The notes below the pieces were generated by a model that was not told the origin of the DNA, did no database searches, and saw only the letters and a program-made list of their open reading frames with translations. The position numbers and the translations under genes were made by a program. A stretch of DNA of 64,000 nucleotides from Octopus vulgaris (Eukaryota): assembly GCA_951406725.2 (NCBI GenBank), contig OX597816.1, forward strand, positions 9,486,001 through 9,550,000, in the 5' to 3' direction. Of this stretch, positions 13,891 to 26,932 are shown in pieces; position 1 is the stretch's first letter, and each line of letters begins with the position of its first letter.

Positions 13891-15992
13891 AATAGATACA
13901 TAAAAGTTACATTCCTCTTATGAGCATAACTTCAGATAACTTTTGATTGCTACATGAAAACGTTTTTACAAAACTGTCATTGTAAATTGAAGCAATAAAA
14001 CAGAGGAAAGACTACAAAAGTATCAAATATGGTTTATTAAAGCAAGCTGATTAGTCAACAACAGCCGTTAAAATTTAGTTGTTTATAGATAAAACATGTT
14101 TGAAACTTTCTTTAAATATTTCACTCATCTGATCACATTTATTATTACATTTTTCTTATTAGTAATTTTAGATAAATACATTAAAATTTATTTAAAAAAA
14201 AAACCTACAGCTTTGCTTTAAAACATGGAAACAACTAAAAATACATTATTCAAATAAGCATATTAACTAGACAAATAAAATAAAATACAATAAAGGTTAT
14301 TAAAGTCCAGCAGTCTCTATGTTGAATATTTTTCTACTGTGCATGCCAAATTTGCTTGTTACTCATGAGCTTAGAGGAATCAATTTTTACAAATGGCTGC
14401 ACTCCAATGGCTGAATTAATTGATAACTTACAGGAGGAATGCAATTGAGAGCATAAGAATAATAATACCAGACACTTCACAATGTCTAACATGAAATGCT
14501 AGTTGCGTTAGTACTTCTACTAAGCTCAGTATAATCACCAATAACCACAACTGGTAAATACTGTTTTGATGTGAATTATGAATGATAATGAAATCATCAT
14601 CATCATAACAACACAATATCAAACACAAAACAAAACACTGGCAAGTAACAAAGTTTTTTTCCTATTTTATATTTTACATATGTACTGTTTATCATTTTTG
14701 GTTAAAGACCTCCTTTTTTCAATTACACAGCCGCCTACGAGTCCTAGCCTCATAACCATTATCTACAATATTCTTATAGTGCAACACTGATGCATTTTCA
14801 GTGGTTATTTTTGTGAATCATCACTTATCAACAGATAAATGGAACCAAGTTAATTCTGTTCAATATTCTCACAGCATTGACTAACAAAAACAAATAAGAT
14901 TTAGAGAGCTGCATTTTGGCAGTTCTGCTCAACTAGATCTAATTGTTATAGAAAAGAGTTGCATGGAATATTGATTTCCATCTCTATTGCTAAAGCAGAT
15001 GAAAAAGAGGCTATATTGGCTGGATTTATTGATCTGATTAGACATATACATATATTTATATCTGTTTATATATGTGGATAAATGAAAAGTACATTCATAT
15101 ATTCATACACATGCATACATAAAACACACACATGTAAATTCAGAGAAATTAGGAAAAGAGATGCATACACACATACAGAAGTAGCAAGAAACCTATGTAT
15201 GAATATTTGTATGTATAGCTACACACACTTTCATACATATAAGTGTCCAGATATACATGAATCTATGTGAGAGAAACGAAAAGTTACACATACATAACAC
15301 ATAAAGAGACAGACACACACACACATATATATTTAACTAATAATGGGAAAAATTACTACATGTCTATCTGTGTATAAATATAGGTGTGAATATGCGTGTG
15401 AGTATGGATGTTGAAATGTATGAAAAGTATTCATAAATGAGTGTCTAAAAATGTACATGCAAAACACAAACACATACTTACACCCACACACACACACACA
15501 TGCATGCATGCACACATACACACACTCAAATGCTGACACATATATTTACAGGAATTTTCATTATGTCTAATTAGAGTGTTATTATGTAAACTAATGATTA
15601 TTTACCATTCAGCTATTTGGCAATGAAATGGTTTACATCATTAACAAGACAGCATTCATTGACTAATATACTAAATCTCTTTCTTTCACAGCTGCATCAA
15701 TGAGGAAGGACTTTTATAATTAATACATAGTCAGATTTAGAGATGTATTCTCAGCAAACTTCTTAATGCTAACATGAACCTGATTTTTATGCAGCTCTGA
15801 ATTGCTTATGCAAGGTTATAAAATGTTTTGTTTTCTGAGAGAATGCTATAAGTATAGAATACTTCATTCTTTGAAAGCTTTTCATTCAGGAAATATATAA
15901 AAATCTTATTATAAGCAGCAATATTAATTTGACTATACTAATTGAAATGAAGTAGTTGACTGAGCTCTTTCAGCTATATATATATATAGAAT

Positions 15993-16032
<40 letters not shown>

Positions 16033-16033
16033 A

Positions 16034-16079
<46 letters not shown>

Positions 16080-17034
16080 GCTGAATCTATCTATAATTAG
16101 AGTAATAGACATGTTATTTTAATATTACCATATTGTGTGGGATGGGTTGATGTCTAGACATATAAACATTAAATATATTCAATAGTTTTTTTTTTTTAGT
16201 GTCAGTTCATTTACCTTGATAAATGTAAGCATTAAAAGCTATGCCCACAAAACTTTAAGAGTATGAGAGGAAGTGTGTTGATGTTTAATTTAATTGGTTG
16301 TACACTAATATTTTAGGAGAATATTTTTTATAAAGAAGAGGGATTTGAAAAACTTGTAGATCCGGTTACTAACAAAGTTATCAGATTAAATGTTTCAGAG
16401 GAATTCTACAGAATATCTTGAGCATTAAACATACTATGAATTAATATCAGTTAAATCTGTATTATAATTCTTGGAAAAATATCTATCTACAAAGTATATA
16501 TGCATTTAAGTATATGCTACAACACTGTTAGAATAGAGTACAAGGAGGAATCTTCTTCCTTCTCTGAGTCTGCAACAAGACTAACACTTTGAAGGAAGTA
16601 GAAATAATTCATGCTCTGCTATTCTAACCATTCTCTCACAGGAATTAGCAATGAAAGTGTCCTGAAACAGTCAAAACTCTGAAGCAAAATCCAGTTACAG
16701 CTCGGCTTTGCAGCTGTAGACCAACAGAGCTAACACTTTTAAGGGAAGCAGAAATTTTAAATGCTTTGATATTCTTACCATTCTCAAAGGATTACCAATG
16801 TAAATATTGTGGAATAGAGACAGTGTCAAAGCAAAATGCAGTTGCACACTTGACCTTGTTTAGAATTACTTAGCATTCAGCTAAGATGCTTTCCCAAAAA
16901 TAGTGTCTGTGACAGAGTTGTGGTTTCGGTCAAACTTTGATTATTCCTTTTCTCTTCAAGAAAAAGAAAAACAATGGATATTTCAGAAACATCATATAAA
17001 TATCATTTAATAATGTACTGATAAATTATACTGG

Positions 17035-17246
17035 TTTCTAATTTTGGCACAAGGCCAACAATTTTGGGGGAGAGGATTTATTGACTACCTCAGTCCAAGT
17101 GCTCAAGTGGTACTTATTTTATCGACCCTGAAAGGATGAAAGTCATCATCAGCCTTGGAAGAATTTGAACTCTAAATGTATAGAAGGGCAAAATAATGTT
17201 GAGCATTTTGCCTGGTGGGCTAACAATTTTCCAGCTTGCCACCTTA
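17035..17246 (-). mobile_element. Family B SINE (Meta-domain-like), diverged
   Basis: Reverse complement of the 29814-30042 type. Further copies lie near 41217-41430, 41552-41760, 49793-50000, 50072-50250 and 62260-62390. Confidence 0.8.
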
Positions 17247-19044
17247 CTGATATTAATTCCAATGTTGTTGTTTTGCTCCACGTCAGCTCTGTTTACATAG
17301 ACTTATGATCAAAGGTATTCCAGCTCTGGTGACCATCCTGCCTGTTGCTTTTAGTTTTTTTTTTTTTATCCAGAGTTATTCTTTTCAGCCAGTAGTATTT
17401 GATTGATATATGGCTGTTATTTTTTACTGGTCAAGTGATCATGTAGAGGCTCTCTCTAACTGGCTCAATTCCAAACATTTTTTTTATATGAGTGCAAGAG
17501 TGAAAAAAAAAAAACCAAAACGAAATTGAAATTCAATTAAAATAGTTTTCATTTTGTGATAATGTCTATAATTAATAATTATAAACATAGTCGAGATTTT
17601 CATAGATTGGATGGCAAATGTTATATGTTTTGGTTGAACACAATAAAGTTGAAAATGAGACTGACTATAAGGGTTGTTTCTGATTTGAGTGATGTCTGTA
17701 AATAGTGGAAAATCAATAGAGATTAATTAGAGGTGTCTCCACTTTTACAGATCAAAATATTGGCTTTGGGCAAGAATGTTTTACAGTTTACAAACTGTAG
17801 TTTAAATGGTTAAAAAGATAATCGACAAAAGAAAAAAATACAAGTTGCAAACTTCAATGAAGAATGTAAAAGAGGAAGATATTTTTAGATGAAGATTTGA
17901 ATAGTCCTTGTAAACAATCAGAATGTCTATAAATTCAGCCTATAAATGATTAGCTAATATTCTTGTGCTCCCATTTACAAGTTATTTAGAAATCTATAGT
18001 CTGCTGAAATTTGCCACCCAATTTCAATGAAGTCATTAAAAGTGTTAATAACAATTTTCTTTTATTTAGAAACCATTAAAAAAAAAAGTAAAGTGCAAGT
18101 GCACATGCGCATTCGCACACACACATACACACACATTGATATGGTACAAAAAAATTATTATATTAAACAAATTAGAAAGAATGAAAGTTAATTGACTGAA
18201 ATAATTTTTGTGGAATATTTTTCTCTATATGTTATGAAAGCATGGGAGAATTAATAAAATTAAAATCATATTGTAGAAACATCTTGATTGCTAAACTGAG
18301 ATACTGCAGAAGAAATGTAAACTAGATTCCAGTAAACAGCATCACTGAAGTGTGCCTGTAATATGAGATATGCTATACCATTGAAGGATTAAACTTATGA
18401 TGTCCTTTGATAATTATACTCTGTATGCCTTAGTGTGGTTTGCAATTTTATTTCAAACCAGCAACATATTAGAGGATACTGTGTGATGATTATGATATTA
18501 TAGAATATTAGCATTACGGTAAAGGTACTACTAAGTGTAAGAAATTTCATCATCAGTGATTATTTAACATTCTCTTTTCCATGATTGCACAGGGCAGATG
18601 GAATTCACTGAAGTAAAGTGCTACAGCTGCATGCCCTTTGCATCACCTATATCAAGTAAGATAAGTTTCCCAATGACAAGATATGTTTTCATGGTGGACT
18701 GGAATCAAACAACACTGCTTGTATGATGGTAAGGCTTGTTTACAACTGGCACATGGTGTCAAAACAGAGAGACTCAAACACACAAGTGCACACACACACA
18801 CACACGCATACACACACACACATGCACACAAACACACACACACACACACATTATAGCTTCTTTCAAATCTACTTACAAGGTTTTGGTAGAAAACATTTGC
18901 CCAGTACTATGCACTGGGACTGAACCCAAAAGCACATGTTTGAGAAGTGAACTTCTGAACCACACAGCCATGCCTGCATTTACAGTTGTGATAAAATGCA
19001 TGAAGAAATAGGTTGCTATCAGATAAAAAGAATAGGATTATAGT

Positions 19045-19211
19045 GTATCATTATTTATATTATTTACATTGGACGGATATGTGTCCTCGTCTTGTTTGTT
19101 GTTACCACAACGTTTTGACTAATTTACTCTCCATCCTTCATCAGGTGTCCTGGTAGAAATTTGAACCCAACCCTGGGTTCTCATTCCTAAGATATTTTTT
19201 ACTGATGTTAC

Positions 19212-19263
<52 letters not shown>

Positions 19264-19341
19264 TATTCAAGGCACTGCCGGGAAATGAACTTGGAATCTT
19301 AGGGTTAATAGCCCGAGCTCTTATCCATTACACTATATGCC
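19045..19341 (-). mobile_element. tRNA-headed SINE-like element with a hammerhead-bearing Penelope-like tail
   Basis: On the - strand: tRNA-like head (19341-19270), (TAA)n, a spacer, then gacac-CTGATGA-aggatggagagtaaattagtc-AAAAC-gttgtg (degenerate hammerhead), then a tgtaaataa tail. Confidence 0.7.
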
Positions 19342-19360
19342 TATAAGCATATAGCATAAT

Positions 19361-19550
19361 TCCCTCAGGACACCTGATGAAGGCTGGAGAATAAATCCAC
19401 CTAAATTCCACCAAGGATACCTGATGAAGGCTAGAGAGTAAATAAGCCGAAACACTGTGGTAACAACAAATAAGATGACACATATCTGTCCAATGTAAAT
19501 AATGTAAATAATGTACAGAATTCCTCATCTCTAAAACATAGAACAGTATA
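19361..19550 (+). mobile_element. Inverted partner arm (one partial and one full hammerhead unit) of the 19045-19341 element
   Basis: CTGATGA at 19374 and 19421; stem II ggct/agcc; GAAAC at 19449. 19403-19515 is the reverse complement of about 19045-19162. Confidence 0.7.
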
Positions 19551-20383
19551 TTGTATTATTGGCAAAAAAATTATTGTAGATTTCTATATTTTTAGTTTCA
19601 TTGGATAAGTGGATAAGCCTGAAACATATTCAACCCTAACTATCATTTATTGTATTTCTTCTTAACCTATTTTTTATACATTAGCTCTATTAGTATTATT
19701 TAATTTATTATCAACAGAGAACCCAGTAGATCGCTATCTAATTTCACCTTGTCCTATTTGCTGTGTACCTTGCGATTATTTATCTTTCTTGAAAATAATA
19801 TTTAAAGTTTATCTCTCCAAAATAAATTTCAGGCCACTGATCCTAAACCATCTTTTTAGCTTACTTTACTTAATATCATTAGAATCCTCAAACACACATT
19901 AAATATCCACTAAATCATATGAAGCATAATCTTTAGATTTTTAACTTTTCCTATGCAATACAAAATAACATGTGTATGAAGGACTATCAATATGGTTGAA
20001 TGACTGCCAATCTTAAATGGTATTTTTCCTGTTTTTTCTTTAACCTAATGCAAGCAGATAAATAAATAAATATCTTTAGAAATTAAATTTTATTTCAGTC
20101 ACAGAAAATATCTAAATAGAATCTTGCAAGTAGTATTTGATAATAGTGCTTGAAATATTATTCATACGCTAAGTTGAGTGGAACACATAAATCATTTATA
20201 AATAAACTTGAAGATTCTAGGTTGGAAAAAAATGTAATATATTCTACATTCTCAAATATTTTCTTGATGCTTTAATGACAGCATATTATATGGTTTTAAA
20301 TAATGTTTCTCTATGCACAAGTAAATAAAGATCTCAATTGAGCAGAAGATTTAAATACTTTAATCAACACACACATGCACACA

Positions 20384-20429
<46 letters not shown>

Positions 20430-21019
20430 TCATATTATATTCATGTTAGGTTGTCATTCAATAGATAAGATTTCTAAACACACAACTTGAAAGTTCTAGA
20501 AATCAGAGAATACAGATATGATTCAAAAGCATGTATCTGGTACTTACACACATTCCTGTTGGTACACAGATGAAATACAGTTATTAAGTACACATGATGT
20601 GTATGTATGTCATTGTCGTCATCTTCATCACCACCATCTTCCTCATTGTTTTAATGTTCACTTTTTAGCACTTGATGAATTAGTAATATTTCCCGAGGCT
20701 AGTTATGTTTTTTATAGAAGAATGAAAATGAATAGCATTGCTTTTATGATGCTGACACTCATTTACAGTTATCAGGTGATGTTAAAACAAAGACACACAC
20801 GCACACACACATACGATGGGCTTCTTACAGTTTTTCATCAAATCCACTTACAAGGTTTTGGTCAGTGCAGGCCTGAGGTAGAAGACAGTTGCCAAATTGT
20901 AGAATTGAAACCAAAACTGAAACCAACAAAGTTGGGACACAAGCTTCTTAACCACACAGCAATGCCTGCACTTATAGTTTACCATGTATCAAATGCATGG
21001 TATATGTTATATATCAACT

Positions 21020-21300
21020 GGCACTCCACTGATTACAGTGATGAGGGTTCCAACTGATCCAACAAAGGGAACAACATATAGCTAATGTGCAAGTGGATGA
21101 ACACTCCACAACACACACATAATATTAACATAGTTCTTAGGTAGATTTAGCATGTCACATAATGTGACAAGGCCAGCCTTTTGATATACAGGTACTACTC
21201 ATTTTTGCTAGTGGACTGGAGCAATGTGAAATGAAGTGGCTGGCTGGAGGAATTAAACTCATAAACTTACAATCATGAGCTGAATACCATAGCCACTAAG
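21020..21300 (-). mobile_element. Diverged family C SINE
   Basis: Homologous to 35881-36267. Confidence 0.7.
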
Positions 21301-22419
21301 TCTTCACTGTGTATATATTAACATTAGATGAACAAAATCGGTGTATGGAACACAAAATCAGTGCATATAATATTTTGCTTGATCTGAGTTATGTCCCTTT
21401 GTGCCAAGGTCAACTTGACTTTTTTTTTCCTCTCTTACAAGATTGAGAAAATAAGTTCTTTGGTTGATATGATTAAAAAGAAAATATCCATTGAAAGGCA
21501 ATGCATCAGCATGGCCACAGTCCATTGACTGAAACCAGTCAAAAAATAAATTAAGAAATATAAAGAATATCTAAGTCTACCCAATCAAAAGACATGTAGT
21601 ACTTTAATTCTATCACAGAATTTTTAGTATGCTGGTTGCGAAAACAACAGCAATTTGAGGGAAACTCTAATTGGCTGAATGACCAACTAAAAATAACAGC
21701 TAAGTGTTCCTCAAATTACACATTGTACTGTATAAAAATGGTAAGATACATGGGATGATTATCCTTCGATGCATTGCGTACATCAAACATTTACATAAAT
21801 AAGTGGAGGACGGTCATAGCTGAAATGTGTTTTGATATATTCAAATCAATAAATGATTGACCTGTGACTAACCAACAATAACAACTGCAAATACATGCAA
21901 AATACCAAAACTCAAAGACAATTCCTGCTAATGATAGTAAAAGAGAAATGAAAATATGAAAATATACATGTTGGTGTAATTATGGAGACAACATGCTCCA
22001 TAATGTGTCAGAGGGGGGGGGGCGGGGATGGAGTTTTAGCCAGAGAGAAATTAGTGTAGACATTAAGTCTAATGAAAGCTTAATCATTCAGACTTTGTAG
22101 TGCCAACTAGTTTCCATCGAAAAATAAGCGGAGGTGGGGAGACAATGATTCACCACAGGACAACCTAATGTCTCATTGTTGAAGTCATTTGCTATGCTAA
22201 TTTGTCAGCAGTCATCACCATCGGATACAGCATGACCATCATCGTCGTCATCATCATCATCATCATCATCATTACCATCGGATACAGCATCATCATCATC
22301 ATCATCATCATCATCACCACCACCATCACCATCACCATCATCATCATCATCATCATCTCAGGGAAACAACCACACTACCACTAACAACAATAACAGCATC
22401 CATTCTTAATATGTATGTT

Positions 22420-22457
<38 letters not shown>

Positions 22458-22705
22458 ACTCAATCAATGTTTTCTCTCTCTTTCTCTCTCTCTCTTTTTA
22501 TATATCTGTATACACACAGACACACACACACACACACACACACATATAGAAAGAGAGAGAGGGAGATAGAGACAGAGAGATGATAGACAGACAAACAGGC
22601 AGACAGATTTAGATAGATAAATAGATACACTCATGCAAACACACAAACAAACTCACATGTATATAGGTGGGGGTAAGATGTGAGTGTGCACATACAATCA
22701 AACAA

Positions 22706-22746
<41 letters not shown>

Positions 22747-24717
22747 TAAACGAGCAAACAAATTGTAAAGAAAAAGCTTGGCAGCAGTTTGTTGTATAGT
22801 TGTGTGTTTGTCAAAATTACACTAAAGACATACCTTCACTTAAAGGTTAACTCCTTCTTAGTAGTATTAAAAGAACAACATTTTGTTCACAGAAGAAAAG
22901 GTATAGAAAATTAGTGTTCTTTCAGTGGGCCATTGTGAAGTCTGTGGAGTGAGCAATGTTCAAAGTTTTGTTGGAGGAGTTTCACCAGGTATGGTTTTAT
23001 TAGTTACATCTCTGCAGACAAATCTTTAATTGAACTGTTTTCTTTTTCTTGTGATTTGCAGCTTAAAGCTGCATGGTCTGTGAAAGCTTACAAGGAACAG
23101 AGGATAAGTATTCAACAATTTCAATAGATCATTAAAACCCATAAGAAAATATAGACATATCTAGCAAAAGAGAGAGAGGGGGGGGTAAGTGTAGAGAAGT
23201 AAATAAAACTAAAAGAAGAAAGGAAAACCAGGTATAAGACAGATAAAATTAAAGATTGAATTTGTTTGTAAAGATGAAGAAATGAGGAGAATGTGAGGAT
23301 TAGAGGGGAAAAGAGAGATGAAAATAAGGAACAGATAGGTTCAGTGTTAGGTTGACTTAAGAATGATTTGAGTAGAGTGAATTAAATGTAATGATTCAGA
23401 GCCATTTGGTGGTTTATCACCATCATTTTATGTCTATTTTTCATGCTGACATGGGTAGGATTGTTTGAAAGGATTCTGTGAGTTGGAAAATAATGTCTTG
23501 TTTGAATGCTTCAGTTTTGGCACAGTTTCTATGGCTCAATGCCTTTGCAAACATCAACCACTGTAGAGAGTGTACTGGGTGCACAAAATATTGTTTTGTA
23601 GCACCTGTTTTATAGAGATTGCCTTATCACCAGCAATACTAAAGACCCCTCTGAAGCCTGGTGCTGTTGTTACTCAAGCCAATTACCAATCACCTAGAAT
23701 GTACTGGATGCTCTTTGTGGTACCAGCACTGTTGAGACCACTTTTCATCTTGCAAAGTAAATGAGATATCCACTGAGAAGCATAGCTTTATTTAAAAACC
23801 ATGAACAGTGTATTGGTAGAGTCCTTAAAGCATCACAATATATTGCAGTATTTTTTTCTGTCTCTCTGCACTCTGGGTTCAAATTCAACCAAGGTCAACA
23901 TCGTTATTCACCCTTTGAGAGTCAATAAATACAGTATCAGGCAAGTACAAAACATGATTTGTCTCTCTTTTCCTTCCTTCTCTCTCTTTCTCTTTCATCA
24001 TTCCTCTGTTGCATTGTCTAGTTATGGAGAACCATTCATAGTGCAGCTTTCTCCAAACATGGAGAATGGTTGACTAAGACGTCTACTAGTAGCTTTTTTC
24101 TCATAGAAAACAGCTGGCATATTACTGGAACCATTCAAAAACAGATTGATGTGCAATACAACAAAGAATGGGAACAAAGAAAATATGTTGTATGCGTGTT
24201 TAACAAATGCAATTACATTTTTCTCAGAGTTTTTTTTCAGTGACCTGAGAGACTTAAACAAATTGTGTGATACAACTGAATGATAATTTTACAATTCATT
24301 TATAATTTTGCTAATTATAATTACAATTTTACTAATTATAATTTTACTTGCACCTTTAATTGTTTCTGAGACATTCCTCTTCATAGTATATTCAGTTCAA
24401 CAGCACCAAAATAAAACACATTTGGTTTATATGCCAATCTAAAATCCAAGACAACTTGGAGGAGTGACACTGAAGTATCAAGTGTGTTCGATTCTACATC
24501 TGGTAGTGTAAACATGTTCTAAATTAGGAGGAGTGAGCACATAAGATAAAAAATCACTGTGACACATACCAAACAATTTTAGTTCATTGCTGTTAGATTA
24601 TGCAAGATATTTCATTAGTTATAATATACGTAATTGTATTTACATTCATTAATTTCATGTTCCAGTAACAATGTCATTATGTGTGAAATTTACAACTGCT
24701 GATTTAGTGATATAGAT

Positions 24718-24899
24718 CATCATCATCATCATCGTTTAACGTCCGTTCTCCATGCTGGCATGGGTTGGAAGGTTCGACCGGGGATCTGGGAAGCCAGAAG
24801 GCTGCACCAGGCTCCGGTCTTATCTGGCAATGTTTCTACAGCTGGATGCCCTTCCTAACGCCAACCACTCCGTGAATGTAGTGGGTGCTTTTTACGTGT
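24718..24899 (-). mobile_element. Family D SINE-like 3' fragment with a (GAT)n tail
   Basis: gttaggaagggcatccagctgtagaaac...ccatgccagcatggagaacggacgttaaacgatgatg. Many copies occur in the window. Confidence 0.85.
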
Positions 24900-25105
24900 G
24901 ATTTGAAAAAGATGAAGCTTCATAAGATTGTCCCATGTCAAGAGGTTATGATGCCAGGGTTTGTTTTGGGTTCTTCAGATGTCAACGGCCACAACCCATC
25001 AAAAGAAATTGAGCAGACAGTTCAAAAACATAGGAGGTTGGTCAAATAAAGTAATGACTCCAGAAAATTCTTACAAAGCCATGTGATTAACAAAAAAAAA
25101 ATAAA

Positions 25106-25142
<37 letters not shown>

Positions 25143-25285
25143 AAGAGATTCGACTTTTATCTCACAAGTGAACTAAAAAGTTAAAAAACATTGTTGAAAA
25201 ATGTGATCAGTGGGAATGGTCACTCACCTTGCTTCCCATTTACATCTGAGTTTCCCTCTTTTGTGACTTGTGTAGGAGTTGTACA

Positions 25286-25369
<84 letters not shown>

Positions 25370-25371
<2 letters not shown>

Positions 25372-25528
25372 GGGCTTCTTTCAGTTTCTGTGTACCAAAT
25401 CCACTCATAAGGCTTTGGTCAGTCTGAAGCTATAGTAGAACACACTTGCTCAAGGTGCCTTACAGTGGGATTGAACCTGGAACCATGTGTTTGAGAAGCA
25501 AGCTTCTTACCACACAACTACGCCTGTA
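25370..25528 (-). mobile_element. Family A SINE 5' half
   Basis: Homology to family A; ends in (CA)n. Confidence 0.8.
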
Positions 25529-26932
25529 GATACCAGTATATGACAATAATCATTTATAAATAGTGCCTCTTTCAAACAGTTCTGTGAAGTGAGGTACATC
25601 AAATAAAGTACACTACTCAAATCAGAATTAAATGCTTTTGTTATTTAGAACACAAAATCTATGAGTTTGCAGCTATTTACCACATCTGCTCATCCATTTG
25701 ACTTACCACCTGTTGTATAAGCAATGACAATGATCCTCTCTGTTTTCTACAATATTATTGAAGTATTATTGTGATAAATGTAACATACCACAATTGTGCA
25801 TTTTAATTAGGTGCCAGCTCTGGCAACTGACCCTTGAAATGGATTTTGGAGTATAAAAGAGAAATAGTACAATAGGATATATTCCTTTATTTCTCTACTT
25901 TCTATCTGTATAACTACAACCGCTCTCTTCCTTGCTCTTTCTCCCTCCCTCTCTCCCTCTTTCTCTCTTTCCTGCTTTTGCCTACAATCAGTTATTCATC
26001 CAGAAGGTTATTAAGTTAGGTAGATGCTTCAATTTGATTTGTTCCTCGTTTGCATCGCATCAATCAACAATTGCTTCATAAAGAGAGCAGATATATCAAT
26101 AACCAAGATAACCGAATGAAATGTTAACCACAGGCAGAGAAATGCTAAATAAATTAATAAAGGCTCAATGCAAAGAATCCATTGCTTCAATGAAGATAAT
26201 TTACAAAATGTGATAAACAGTATGAACACAAGCAAGTCAAAAGTGCTCTCTTTTATAGGAATTCTATTGAATAAATAGTCTGCTTAGTGGAAGAGGTTAA
26301 AGATAAGTGAAAAAGGATAAAAGCTGGTACAAAATTTACATTGTTACATTAAGATTATTCTAATCTCTTTAAGTCATGATCGTAGTGAACAAAGCCATAT
26401 GGAACTAAAATTTTAGATCTAATTTCTATTCATAATTTTCAAATATTGTTTCTCTGTGACCAAGGTCGGCTCATTCATCTTTACATAATAGCAAGCAATA
26501 CTCTGCTAGAGGTCAAGGTGAGTTATAAATCTGATTAAGCTTTCACATGCACACAAACACCAGAGATAAAAATATCATGTATATTAAACAGTGAGAACAT
26601 AAATGTGTTTGAGTGTGTAATTTGTGTGAAGTGTATATAACACACACTCTCTCTTTCTTTCTTTCTTCTATTTCCTTCTTCTCTCCCTCGCCCTCTTTCT
26701 TTCTCTCAGTTCTTATGTATTGTAATTAGTCACCTCTTATGCAGATGCTATCACCTTTCAGTCCTCCTTAACCTTTTGCACACAGGCGTCATCAACATGC
26801 AACCTGTAAACCTCCCATCAGACAGGCATTATTTCTATGAAGAAAGACACAGAAATAGCCTGCAGCAAGGACATAGCAACCTAGTTTCATTCAACAGTAT
26901 TATAGGACTAAGTTATGAGACTCAGTTACTAC

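Noticed and set aside
16696-16860. - strand peptide LRMVRISKHLKFLLPLKVLALLVYSCKAEL, resembling a Kv channel S4-S5 segment
   Set aside because: It is bounded by stops, lacks the RxxR periodicity and splice context, and lies in a degenerate tandem repeat.
20518-21057. 179-aa ORF
   Set aside because: It runs through degenerate family D, A and C SINE fragments.
22791-22801. GTTGTATAGTT, identical to the 3' half of let-7
   Set aside because: There is no seed (TGAGGTAG) and no precursor hairpin.
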